Assembly (NCBI RefSeq): GCF_963921235.1
Contig: NC_086107.1
Location: forward strand, 115,756,001 to 115,820,000
Source of the DNA: Mobula hypostoma
Lineage: Eukaryota
DNA: 64,000 nucleotides
Reading direction: 5' to 3'
The notes beneath the pieces were generated by a model. That model was not told where the DNA came from, made no database searches, and worked only from the letters and a program-made list of their open reading frames with translations. Both the position numbers and the translations under genes were made by a program. Positions 35,571-48,080 of the stretch are shown piece by piece. The first letter of the stretch is position 1; every line of letters begins with the position of its first letter.

Positions 35571-38500
35571 AACCTCAGGTGACAGAGAGCAGTTGTCCAA
35601 CTAAACTAAACCCTTTTGTCTGGACAATATTCCTCTCCATCTCTTTCCTGCACGTCCAGCGGTCATGAGCCTCAGTCCACCAGCATCCCTGGCAGCATTA
35701 CAGACATCCGCCGCTCTTTCTGCGAACATAAACTTGGCCCCCACATCTCCTTTGAACTTAACTCCCTCAACTTAAATGCAACACCTGGTATGAGACATTT
35801 ACTCCTGCTCATTACTGTCTGTACTCATTATAAACTTCCATCAGATCCGTCCTATCCATCGTGACACCGATAACAATCATCCCCCATTCTCTCTGTCTCA
35901 GTGACCTGACTCACTCCATCGTGCAGCAGAAATATCTGAAGCACCTCCAGAAGGAAACCCTGAGCAGCAAGGAGAAGGCAGAGTTGAAAGAGGTGGTGGA
36001 GAGAGCACTGATTGAATACCCGGTGAGTGAAGACAGGACTCATCGGGCACGCTGAGTCCTTTGGGAGCCCAGCCTTTCACCAAGAGGGCACATCATGCTG
36101 AATCCCAGCTGGCTGCACAATAACACACTCAGACATGCCCACATTCTCTCACTCTCACTCACATTCACAAGCTTACACACACACACAATCTCTCCCACAC
36201 ACTCAGACAACACCAGCTGTGTATATAAGGAGTTAGTCCACATGACTTTGTGTGTGGTAGGTCATATCTCACGAATCTTAGAGTTTTTCGAGGAGGTCAT
36301 GTTTGACAAATCTTATTGAATTTTTTGATGAGGTTACTAGGAAAGTTGACGAGGGTAAAGCAGTGACACACATCAAAGTTGCTGGTGAACGCAGCAGGCC
36401 AGGCAGCATCTCTAGGAAGAGGTACAGTCGATGTTTCAGGCCGAGACCCTGGGTAAAGCGGTGGGTGTTGTCTATATGGACTTCAGTAAGGCCTTTGACA
36501 AGGTTCCACAGGTTAGTTAGGAAGGTTCAATCGTTAGGCATTAATATCGAAGTAGTAAAATGGATTCAGCAGTGGCTGGATGGGAGACGTCAGAGAATAG
36601 TGGTGGATAACTGTGTGTCAGATTCGATGACGGTGTCTAGTGGTGTGCCTCAGGGATCTGTACTGGGTCCAATGTTGTTTGTCATATATATTAATGATCT
36701 GGATGACCCTTCATCCGGGTCTCGGCCTGAAATGTCGACTGTACCTCTTCCTGGAGATGCTGCCTGGCCTGCTGCGTTCACCAGCAACTTTGATGTGTGT
36801 TTATTGAATTCAGGAGTTGGGGTGTTATGTTGAAGTTGTAAAAGATGTCGGTGAGGTCTAATTTGGAGTATTGTATGCAGTTTTGTTCACCTTCAGGAAA
36901 GATGTAAATGAAATTGAATGAGCACAGAAAACTTACAAGGATGTTGCTGGGACTGAGGACATGAGTTGTAGGGAAAGTTTGAATAGGTTAGGACATTATT
37001 CTGTTGGAACAAGGATTCCAAACCTGGAGTCCACAGACCCCTTGCCTAATGACATTGGTCCAAGGCATAGAAAAAAAAAAGTTGCAACCCCTGCCTTGGA
37101 ACGTAGAAGATTGAGGGGAGATTTGATAAAGCTATAAAAAATTATGGGGGGAGGGTGGTACAGATAGAGTAAATGTAAGCAGTTTTTTTCCACAGATACC
37201 AGCTACACACACAGAGATACCCAGCTATACACACACACACACACACACACCCCCAGGTACACATACAGACACCCAGCTATACGCACACACATACCCCTGC
37301 TATATATTCAGAATCAACTTGCCCACAGAAGGCAGAGGCTGGTAGCAGATGGAGAATGTTCTACCTGGTGGTTTGTGACCAGCAGTGGGCTGCAGGGATC
37401 TGATCTGGGACCCCTGCTCTTTGTGATTTTTTTGTAAGTGGCTTGGATGAGGAAGAGAATGGGTGAGTTGAGAGGTTTACAGATGACACAAAGGTTAATG
37501 GATGTGTGGAGAGTGTAGAAGGTTGTCGTAGGTTACAACGGGACATTGACAGGATGCAGAGCTGGGCTTAGAAGAGGCAGATAGAGTTCAAGTGGTTCAC
37601 TTTGGAAGGTTGAACTTGAAGGCAAAAGACAGGGTTAATGGCAGCATTCTTAGCAGTGTGGAGGAGCAGAGCAATCTTGGAGGTCCACAAGCTGATAGGG
37701 TTGGTAAGAAGGAGTATGGTGTGTTTACCTTCATTAGTCAAGGGATTGAATTGAAGAGCCATAAGTAATGTTGCAGCTCTATAAAATCCTAGTTAGACCA
37801 CACTTGGGATATTCTGTTCATTTCTGGTCACCTCATTAGAGAGGAGATTTACCAGGGTGCTACCTGGACTAATGAGCATGTCTTATGAGGACAGGTTGAG
37901 CAACCTAGGGGTTTTTTCTCTGGTGTGAAGAGAATGAGTGGTGACTTGAAAGAGGTGTGTAAGCTGATAAACTGAGGCTGTCTACAAGAAGGGTCAGAGC
38001 CGTTTCTGTTTCCTGAGGAGACTGAGGTCCTTTAACATCTGCCGGACGATGCTGAGGATGTTCTACGAGGCTGTGGTGGCCAGTGAGATCATGTTTGCTG
38101 TTGTGTGCTGGGGCAGCAGGCTGAGGGTAGCAGACACCAACAGAATCAACAAACTCATTCATAAGGCCAGTGATGTTGTGGGGATGGAACTGGACTCTCT
38201 GACGGTAGTGTCTGAAAAGAGGATGCTGTCCAAGTTGCATACCATCTTGGACAATGTCTCCCATTCACTACATAATGTACTGGGTGGGCACAGGAGTACA
38301 TTCAGCCAGAGACTCATTCCACCGAGATGCAACACAGAGCGTCATAGGAAGTCATTCCCATCAAACTTTACAACTCCTCCCTTGGAGAGTCAGACACCTT
38401 GAGCCAACAGGCTGGTCCTGGACGTTTCATAATTTACTGGCATAATTTACATATTACTATTTAACTATTTATGGTTCTATTAATTACTTATGGTGCAACT

Positions 38501-41500
38501 GTAACGAAAACCAATTTCCCCGGGATCAATTAAGTATGACTATGACTATAAGGGGCAGAGATGAGTGGACAGCCAGAGACTGTTCCCAGAGTGCAAATGG
38601 CTTATACAAGGGGGCATAATTTTAAGCTGATTGGAGAAAAGTATAGAGGAGTTGTCAAAGGTAACTGTATTTTTTATACCGGGAGTGGTGGCTGTGTGGA
38701 GCGTGCTGCCAGGTGTGGTACAGGCAGGTACATTAGGGACTCTGAGATAGGCACATGGATGATAGAAAAATGGAGGACACAAGAGAAAGATTGAACTTGG
38801 AGTAGGTTAAAAGTTTGACACAATATTGTGAGTCGAAAAGCCTGTACTGTGCTGTTAAGTTCTACTGGAAACCTTGTGTGTGTGTGTGTCTCTCTCTCTC
38901 TCTCTCTCTCTCTGTCTGCCCCTGCCTCCAGTAAGATCACACATACTCACACAAATACCAGCTACATATGCTCAGACTCTCTCTCTCTCTCTCTCACACA
39001 CAAACTCTGTCACACACACAAACTCTCACGTGCACCACACTTTCTCGCTCTCTCTGATGCACACACTCTCTTGCACTCTCGCGCGCTCTCTCTCACACAC
39101 ACCTACATTCTCACACACACTCTCTCACACACACACACACACACACACATTCTCACACACGCTCTCTCTCACACATATCAGCTACGTATATACACACACA
39201 CACACACACACACACAATGATTCTTCCCCCCACCAATGCAGTTGAGGGGTGGGGTGGGAGCCTGCTCTGTCCTAGGATACCGCCCACTCATTCCACTCTT
39301 GTCCCTGCTTTACAGAGCAGTGACTCAAGTGATGACGAGCCCCTCAGCAGGAAGGCGGAGGCCCTAAAGAAGAAGAAGCAACAGCAGCTCTCTCGGAAAC
39401 GCCAGCGACAAGAGGGAGGTGGAAGTGGCAGTGAGAGCCCCCCTCCCCGAGGGGCAGCCCCTCAGAGGAAGAGGGGACGAATCGCCTCCACTGAGTCAGG
39501 TCGGACACCTAACCGTGGATTGCTTCATTGAAACAGACAAAATCTAGAGACAGAGGTTGGAAGGGATCATAGAGACAGGGAGGGGTGTAGGGGAAGGAGG
39601 GGGTGACAGAGGCAGGGACAGCTGTAGAGGGGGAGGGATTGACAGGCGGAAGCGTATAGGGGAGGGAAGGTGTCACAGAGATAGGAAGGAGTATGGGGGG
39701 GAGGGAGTTGCAGAGACAGGGAGGGGTGTAGGGAAGGGGTCTATGGAGATAAGGAGGGGTGATGGAGGTGGCAGGAAGTGTAAAGAGGGGGGGTGACAGA
39801 TGAGAGCTGTAGAGGGGTGGGGGTAACAGGCAGAAAGGAGTGTAGAGGGAAGAGAGGGTGACAGATGGGGAGGGGTGTAGGAGAGTGAGGGGTGACAGAG
39901 ACAGGCAGGGCTGTAAAGGGGAAGGAGGGGTGACAGGCAGGGAAGGGTTGGGTGGGAGACGGTGACAGACAAGGAGGTTATAGGGGAGAGAGGGGGAGGG
40001 ATGGGTAATGGATATGGGGGGGAGTCGTAGGGGGGGAAGAGACCGTTAGATATAGGAGCAAAATTAAACATTTAGCCCATCGCGTCTGCTCTGCTATTTC
40101 ATCCTGGCTGATACAATTTTCCTCTCAGCCCAACCCCTTCTCCCCGTACCCCTTCATGCCCTGACCAATCAAGAATGTGGCAACATCTGCCTTAAACATA
40201 TATAAAGATTTGGCCTCCATAGCTGCCTGTGGCCTTGAATTCCACACATTCACCACTCTCTGACCAAAGAAATTCCTCCTCATCTCTGTTCTAAAAGGAC
40301 ACCTCTCTATTCTGATGTTGTGTCCTCTGGTCTTAAGACTCTTCCACCATAGGAAGCATCCTGTCCACATCCACTCTATCAAGCCCTTTCACCATTTGAT
40401 AGGATTCAATGAGGTCACCACTCATTCTTCCAAATTCCAGTGAATACAGAGCCAGAGCCATCAAACCTCTTCATATGACAAGCCATTCAATCCTGGAATC
40501 ATTTTCGTGAACCTCCTTTGAACTCACCCCAGATTCAGAACATCCCTTCTAAAATAAAGGGGCTAAACCTGCTCACAATACTCTGAGAGGCCTCTCCAGT
40601 GCTTTATAAGGTCTTAACATTACAACCTTGCTTTTATATTCTAGTCCTCTAGTTCCTTATATTTTAGTCACCTCTCCTATGCCAATGGCTGAAGGATTTT
40701 TCTTCTCCGAAACATTCCAGACATCGGATCTGAGTCTCCCCGACGGGACGAGTCAGGTGATGAGCTGCGATGCAGGAGAGTTGGAGGAGATGAACCAGCC
40801 TCTGAGACTGACCGGAAGCCAGGAGCTCTTCCAGGGCAGGGGAGAGGTGCCGGAGAGGCGGTGGAGGGAAGAGATGGAGAGGAATCTGCAATGAAATCAG
40901 GGCAGGAATTATCAGAGTGCCTGGCGAGGTGTTCCCACGTGGACAGTCCCCGGAAGGAGGGCGACCGAGGTCCTGACTCACAGCTGAGCGGAGAGGAGGA
41001 GGGACACAAACGAGCTGGGAGAAAGTTCACCCAGAGCAGAAACTGGGCGGGTGAGGACGCTGATACTGCCCGAGGGGCACTGAGGAAACCCAGCCCCCGG
41101 CAGGTCGAGGTGCTGTCTGAGGCGGAGGAGGGTGGTGAAGGCAGTGAGAGGGAGGAGGAGAAGGCAAGGAGGGAGGGGAGACATAAGAAGGGTGTGCAAG
41201 GGTCCCAGCAGAAGGGAAGGTCCAAACTGAAGGAGGTGATGAAGACTGAGGAAATATCAGAAGCGAGTGAGAGTGAGGAGGAGTGGAGTGGGAAGAATGT
41301 GAAGGAGAGCTCAAGAGTAAGGCAGAAGGGCATGCAAGGGTCCCAGAGGAAGGCTGGGTCCAAACAGAAGAAGAAGGAGGTGTCAGAGGAGGACGAGAAT
41401 AGTGAAGACAGTGAAGAGGAGAGTGTAGAGAAGACGAAGAAGCAGACAGTCAAAGGGAAACAGAAAGGGTCCTGGAGGAAGAGTGGATCCAAACAGGAGA

Positions 41501-44500
41501 AGGGGGTGTCAGAGGAGGATGAGGACAGTGTAGGGAAGACGAAGAAAGAGATGTTCAAAGTGAAGCAGAAGAGTATGCAAGGGTCTAAGAGGAAGAGTGG
41601 ATCAAAACAGAAGAAGGAGGTGTCAGAGAAAGATGAGGATAGTGAAGGCAGTGAGGAGGAGAGAGTGCAGAAGACGAAGAAGCAGACTGGCAGAGAGAGG
41701 AAGAAGGGTGTGCAAGGGACCCAGAGGAACAACAGGTCCAAACAGAAGAAGGGAGCAGTGTCAGAGGAGGGGAGTGAGGAGGAATCAGAGGTGAGTGAGG
41801 GTGAGGAAGAATGGAGTAGGAAGCGTATGAAGGAGATCTCTGTGAGACAGAAGAGTGTGCAAGGATCCCAGAGGAAGAGTGGGTCCAAAGAGAAGGAGAA
41901 GGATGTGTCAGAGGATGAGGATAGTGAGGACAGTAAGGAGGAGGAAGCATTGAGAACAGTACCAAGGAACGGAAAGCTGGCAGGAGGGAGGGAGAGAAGG
42001 ATAGAGGGCCACAAGCAGAAAGCAAGGAACGGGAAGGGTGATGGCAGGAAGCAAGAGAGTGATGAAGAATCAGGAGATTCTTATGAGGAGCAAGGAACAA
42101 GAGGGGGAGAGACGGGGGAGGAGAAAGCGACAAGTGGAGGGAATTCATCAAGTGAGGAAGAGACGGACAGGGGCAAGTCACAGAGGTCACCACACAAGGA
42201 GGGATTGAAGAGGAACAAGGGTCACTCTGGGGACGAGGGTTCCTCGGATACAAGATCCACATCGGCCAGCGAAGTGGACAAAGAGGCTGACGGGCAGAGT
42301 GGGTCTCCCTCGAGGAAGAAAGCACAGCATAAGGAACACAGCAAGGTGAGATCATAACCAGGGAACTACACCAGGGTATGGGTTACACGCTGTAATATTC
42401 AATCAGCTTCATAGGTCAGAAATCACTCTCTGCAAATAGGTATGTTAATCATTTATCTACAAACAGTAAAAATTTGACCAAACATTTATGTTCCCCAAGT
42501 TACTGACACTACAAAGCTGAACATTCAACAAACATACTTAGTTAAAAGAGCAACACACACAAAATGCTGGAGGGGCTCAGCAGGCCAGGCAGCATCAGTG
42601 GGGGAGAAAAAGTTCAGCCGACGTTTCAGGCTGAAAGGTTTCAACCCGAAACATTGACTACTCGTTTCTATAGATGCTGCCTGGCCTGCTGAGTTTCTCC
42701 AGCATTTTGTGTGTGTGTGTGTGTGTGTTGCTCAGATTTCCTCTCATTAGTTTGTTAAAGGTGCACACATGGCATACTTTCCCAATGGCCTCACCTTGAA
42801 CAAAGTAAACAGAGAGAAAGCCCCTCCCACGTGCTGTTTTATACACCCAGGACATTTGAAACTGGACACCAGGCAGTTTTCCAATAGAAAAATCAGCTGT
42901 AGCGTCCAAACTAACCAATCACAATGGAAGCGACTTTCAACAATCAGAATAAGGCACGTCCTTACAGGCTGCATGCAGGAGGAGGCTCCATCCATACCGT
43001 CCCATCACACACTCCCGGGGTCAGACACGGAGTGAATCTCCCTCCACACCGTCCCATCACACACTCCCGGGGTCAGACACAGAGTGAATCTCCCTCCGCA
43101 CCGTCCCATCACACACTCCCGGGGTCAGACACAGAGTGAAGCTCCCTCCACACCGCCCCATCACACACTCCCGGGGTCAGACACAGAGTGAATCTCCCTC
43201 CACACTGTCCCATCACACACTCCCAGGGTCAGACACAGAGTGAATCTCCCTCCACGCAGTCCCATCACACACTCCCGGGGTCAGACACAGAGTGAAACTC
43301 CCTCCACACCATCCCATCACACACTCCCGGGGTCAGACACAGAGTGAAGCTCCCTCCACACCGTCCCATCAAACACTCCCGGGGTCAGACACAGAGTGAA
43401 TCTCCCTCCACACCGTCCCATCACACACTCCCAGGGTCAGACAGAGAGTGAAACTCCCTCCACACCGTCCCATCACACACTCCCTGGGTCAGACACGGAG
43501 TGAATCTCCCTCCACACCGTCCCATCACACACTCCCAGGGTCAGACACAGAGTGAATCGCCCTCCGCACCGTCCCATCACAGTGTCCCATCTCACACTCC
43601 CGGGATGGGTGTCTCATGCCCCAAGCTGACCAGTGGACATCGGATTACAGAAGCAGTCAGGCAGCAGGAAGGAGGAACACCCCACAGTCCGGCGGCTGAA
43701 GCGCTGTATCCTCGCCTGTGGGGTCCGCAGGAACTACAAGAAGCTCTTTGAAAACTGTCATTCCAACAAGTCCATGATTAGGGTGCTTCGGCAGGAGCTG
43801 GAGAAACTGGGGGTGGAAGGTGAGTCTTCCTCGTATACCGTTCTCTGTCCCCCTTCTGTACACATCTCCTGTGTCTCGGTAAATGCATCATGCTGTGCTG
43901 TCTCGCTGGACCATCCCCCGCTAATCTGTTCCTTATGTTCATGCCAATATCTACCAGCTCCGTCCCTTCTCCCCATCTTCCCTCACTTCATTTGCCCTCT
44001 CTGCCTCTTTCCCCATTAAACTCCCCTTTGTTCCCAATGCTCTCTGTCCAACGTACCACACTCTTAACCACACTGTTCCCCACCCTTTCCTCCCCCCCCC
44101 CGCAGGGAACCCCACCCTGGAGAAGTGTAAGGCTATACGGCTCAGACGGGAGGAAGAAGCAGAACTGGCTTCGCTGGATGTCAATAACATCATTGTGACC
44201 GAGGGTGGGTATCCTGTCCGTCTCCGTGGGACGGTTGTGTGGCTGTGAAGAGAAGGGGCCATGCCAGGAAAGGGAGGGGAGAGGGGGCTGGTAGAAAGGG
44301 GTGAGAAGGAGGCATGAGGGAGGATGGGATTGTGAGTTTTGCCAAGAGGGCTGTGGTCACGGGGTTACGGGTTGGGAGGTAGAGATGGCGTTGAGTGGTA
44401 CTTACAACTGTGAGGCTAAGCACTGCTCCAATGTCATATTTATGTTTGCTGACGACACCACTGTCGTTGGCTGAAACTAAAAGCCAATTTATACTTGTGC

Positions 44501-46908
44501 GTCAAATTGACGCCGTAGGTACGGTGTAGCTGTGTACCCTACGCCGTAGCCTGATGCGTACCTCCCCAAAAATGTAACTATGCATCGCGTTGACGCAGAC
44601 AGCAACAACTGTGATTGGTCTGCTTGGTAGCATCACATTTCCTCCTACGCTGCAATAGCTTCCCATTGGGCGACTGAAGGACAGGGAAGGAAATCTGACT
44701 GCAATGCTTTCCATAAAGCTTTACAGACCTCCAGAATTATGGAAGACCCTGTGCTTGATGCCAGTTTGTAGCTAGCTGCTACAGCCTGTTGACTTCCACC
44801 TGAAACTAAAACTGGAATGATGATTGCCAGTCTCTGAGTATACTGTGCGTACACTGATGCGAAATAAATGGTTGGAGACGATGAACCAAATCGTCAAACC
44901 TACCTGCAAACATCCGAAAATTTAGAAATGCATTTCCTCGTCCATGTCTCTCAGTGGCCGGACAAGCACAGAAAATTTACCCTCCTTCAGTTTCAGTCGC
45001 CATTGTTTGAAGTTTGAGTTTCTTCGTGTTGTTTCAACAACCTCTCACTAAATTTCAGCAAGACCGAGGAGTTAATTATTGACTTCAGGAGGAGAAAACC
45101 AAAGGTCCATGAGCCAGCCTTCATTAGTAGATCAGTGGTGGAGAGGGTTTCGGAGCTTTAAATTCCTCAGTGTTCTCATCCCGGATGATCAGTCCTGGCT
45201 CCAGTGTGTAACTGCTGTTATGAAGATAGCAAAACAGCGCCTCTACTTTCTTAGAATTTTGCAAAGATTCTGCTTGTCATCTAAGATTTTGACAACTTTC
45301 TATGGATGTGTGATGGAGAGTATATTGTCTGGCTGTATCACAGCCTGGTATGGAAACAGCAATGCCTTGTATGGAAAACCCTACTATGGCTCAGTCCATC
45401 ATGGGTAAAGCCCTCCCCACCATTGAGCACATCTATACAGAGCACTGTCACAGGAGAGCAGCATCTGTATCAGTAACCCCCACCACACAGGCCATGCGCC
45501 ATTCTCGCTGCTGGCATGAGGAACGAGGTACAATAGATAGATATACTTTATTGATCCCGAGGGAAATTGGGTTTCGTTACAGCCGCACCAACCAAGAATA
45601 GAGCATAAACATAGCAATACAAAAACCACAAACAATTACACAACAAAATGCAAACTATGCCAGATGGAAATAAGTCCGGGACCAGCCTATTGGCTCAGGG
45701 TGTCTGACCCTCCACGGGAGGAGCTGCAAAGTTCGATGGCCACAGGCAGGAACAACCTCCTGTGACGCCCAGTGTTGTATCTCGGTGGAATATGGCCGGA
45801 GTCCAACAGCAAAAAGTTCAATATCCGGTCTACAAACACGTTCCTCGATCGTAATATGACCCGGATTGCACCATCTGTTGTTAACCAGAACAGCAAGCCC
45901 CCAACTTTACGCTTACCGCTCTCAGTGCACTTCCGGTCAGCCCGAACGGTCCAGAAGCCATCCATGGAAAAGTTTTGGTCAGGTATGTCCTCCTGCAGCC
46001 CCGTTCCAGTGAAACACAAAACATTGCACTCCGGAAATGTTCTCTGACGCCTGGCTAGTGCCGTGAACTCGTCCATTTTATTACCCACCGAACTCCTCTT
46101 CTCCATAAGTCTCTGTTGTCTCGACCTGGTCCTCTTTCCTCGCCTTTGTGATCCCCCTCTGCATCCTCCAGATTTCAGCCGGGATGTCTGCCGCTCTGCT
46201 CGCTAAACAAGAGCTTTAGGACTCACACCACCAGTTTCAGGAACAGTTATTATGCTTAACTAGTAGGCTCTTGAACCAGAGGGAATAACTTCACTCATCG
46301 TCACTGAACTGTTCCCGTAAGCTATGGACTCACTTTCAACTCATGTTCTCGATATTTATTGCTTATTTATTTATTGTTATTTCTTTTTCTGTCTTTTTGT
46401 ATTTGCAGTCTGTTGTCTTTTGTTCATCAGTTGTTTGTCCTGTCGAGTGTGGTCTTTTATTGTTTATATTGTGTTTCTTGTATTGGCTGTGAATGCCCAC
46501 AATTAAATAAATCTCTGGGCTGAATATGGTGTCATATACATACTTCGATAATCATTTATTTTGAACTTGGAACTTTGTGGCTGTGGGGTGGGGAGACATC
46601 CCAGGCTTGTGGCCCTCAATTCAGACAATTCGCAGGGGTGGGTGTGGGGAGGCTGCTCAGGGTGGTGGGTGTTTGTATAGGAGTGTGATTTTGGGCGAGG
46701 GGGGATTATTCCTGGGCTCATGGTCGCTCTGTCCACAGGCCGCCCTCGCCGTCACTGTGATTCAGCCTGGGGCAGCAAGACCACCCCCACTCAGACCTAC
46801 CGACGCTCGTTGGGCTCCGATTCCGAGGGGGAGGATGATCCTCCCCGCAAGCTGACAGCCTGGTCCAATCTGAAGGGGCTCATCAGCGAGGAGTCTGACA
46901 GCAACTGA
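35419..46908 (+). CDS. HIRIP3: HIRA-interacting protein 3 (histone H2A-H2B chaperone); complete spliced CDS, 7 exons, 806 aa
   Basis: Exons 35419-35471, 35902-36022, 39316-39499, 40721-42345, 43651-43819, 44106-44204 and 46739-46908 are phase-compatible and total 2421 nt. N-terminal [15 protein letters not shown]-terminal [27 protein letters not shown]-like [19 protein letters not shown] and terminal [15 protein letters not shown] all resemble vertebrate HIRIP3. Confidence 0.93.
35902..36022 (+). CDS. HIRIP3: HIRIP3 exon 2
   Basis: [15 protein letters not shown]...[13 protein letters not shown]; ctcag/gtgagt boundaries. Confidence 0.9.
36255..38850 (+). mobile_element. Composite of decayed CR1 fragments with inserted Penelope ends (36366-36450, ~36708-36800) and a Rex1/Babar-like 3' end (37968-38548)
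   Basis: TNLIEFF and QGSVLGP remnants; ORF 38049-38402 matches 12672-13043; atgact-repeat tail. Confidence 0.75.
39316..39499 (+). CDS. HIRIP3: HIRIP3 exon 3
   Basis: [13 protein letters not shown]...; ttacag/gtcgga boundaries; phases fit the neighbouring exons. Confidence 0.8.
40045..40650 (-). mobile_element. Decayed CR1 3' fragment
   Basis: [19 protein letters not shown]. Confidence 0.75.
40721..42345 (+). CDS. HIRIP3: HIRIP3 exon 4 (1625 nt, K/E/S-rich, internally repeated)
   Basis: Acceptor ttccag ends at 40720, in frame with ORF 40861-42357; donor gtgaga at 42346. Confidence 0.88.
42985..43605. repeat. 52-bp minisatellite array C
   Basis: Same unit and orientation as arrays A and B, ~12 copies, in HIRIP3 intron 4. 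Confidence 0.95.
43651..43819 (+). CDS. HIRIP3: HIRIP3 exon 5
   Basis: [25 protein letters not shown]; donor gtgagt. The acceptor ttacag is weak, so the 5' boundary is less certain. Confidence 0.85.
44106..44204 (+). CDS. HIRIP3: HIRIP3 exon 6
   Basis: [30 protein letters not shown]; cgcag/gtgggt boundaries. Confidence 0.9.
44480..45035 (-). mobile_element. PIF/Harbinger-like DNA transposon remnant inside a Rex-like LINE
   Basis: ORF 44645-44854 ([16 protein letters not shown]....[10 protein letters not shown]...[10 protein letters not shown]) resembles the Harbinger transposase HTH region; host RT sequence flanks both sides. Confidence 0.6.
45535..46205 (-). mobile_element. Internally deleted Rex1/Babar-like LINE (EN start fused to the 3' end)
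   Basis: ORF 45687-46106 joins [14 protein letters not shown] to [25 protein letters not shown]. Confidence 0.75.
46739..46908 (+). CDS. HIRIP3: HIRIP3 last exon
   Basis: GRPRR...[15 protein letters not shown]; acceptor ccacag. Confidence 0.9.
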
Positions 46909-47296
46909 GGGAGCTCCCGCTCTCTTCCCCCTTCTCCTTCCCCTCCTATCCCTACCCTCATTCTTCATCCTAACCCTTTCCCTCCTTCGCCCTCCCACTA
47001 ACCATCTCTCCTGTCCCTGTCCCTTTCACCACTCTCTCTCCCCCTACCCTGATGCTCCTTTCCCTGTCCCTCTCCCTCCCACTAACCATCTCTCCTGTCT
47101 CTGTCCCTCTCACCACTCTCTCTCCCCCCACCCTGACGCTCCTGCTCCTGTCCCTGTCCCTTTCACCACTCTCTCTCCCCCCACCCTGACGCTCCTTTCC
47201 CTGTCCCTCTCCCCCCACTCTGACGCCCTGTCCCTCTCACCACTCTCTCTCCCTCCACCCTCACACTCCATTTGTACAGCTTTCTACAGTTCTGTA

Positions 47297-47302
47297 AATA
47301 AA
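47297..47302 (+). terminator. HIRIP3 polyadenylation signal
   Basis: First AATAAA after the stop codon, with upstream TGTA motifs and a downstream GT-rich stretch. Confidence 0.7.
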
Positions 47303-47474
47303 TGACGTGGATTCTGTGTTGAACGACAGCAGCAATTACAGTGGGTGTTTAAATGCCGTTCTGTACGTCATACTGCACAGCAGTCAACCAAGCCTTATAT
47401 ATAGAATAACAGACCCCTAGGAGTGGTTCGCGGGCTGGGACCTAGTTCAGGGGGTTTATATACAAAATATCAGA

Positions 47475-48080
47475 TAGAAACATAGAAAACCTACAGCACA
47501 GTAGAGACCCTTCGGCCCACAGAGCTGTGCCGAACATGTCCTTACCTAAGAACTACCTAGGCTTACCTATAGCCCTCTATTTTTCTAAGCCCTATTTACA
47601 CCACCACCACCAGCAGCCCATTCCACACACTCACCACTCTCTGCGTAAAAATTTACCCCTGACATCTCCTCTGTAGCTACTTCCAAGCACTTTAAAACTA
47701 TACCCTCTCGTTCTAGCCATTTCAGCCCTGGGAAAAAGCCTCTGACTATCCACACGATCAATGCCTCTCATTATCTTGTACACCTCTATCAGGCCACCTC
47801 TCATCATCCATCGCTCCAAGGAGAAAAGGCTGAGTTCACTCAGGCATGCTCCCGAATCCAGGCAACATCCTTGTAAGTCTCCTCTGCACCCTTTCTATGG
47901 TCTACACATCCTTTCTGTAGTGAAGCAACCAGAATTGAGCATAGTACTACAAGTGGGGTCTGACCAGGGTCTTATATAGCTGCAACATTACCTCTTGGCT
48001 CTTAAACTCAATCCCACAGAGTCAACCTGCATAACAGTTTTGAGTGTCCTATGGACTCGGATCCCGACCCCAAGATCCCT
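47475..48080 (-). mobile_element. Decayed CR1 3' fragment, subfamily of 14040-16290
   Basis: [21 protein letters not shown]; tagaaacatagaaaa tail. Confidence 0.8.

Noticed and set aside
40677..42355. Long minus-strand ORFs (445 and 256 aa)
   Set aside because: Antisense shadows of the purine-rich HIRIP3 exon 4; low complexity with no domain
44645..44854. Domesticated HARBI1-like gene
   Set aside because: Short fragment without the catalytic region or splice context, embedded in a LINE remnant
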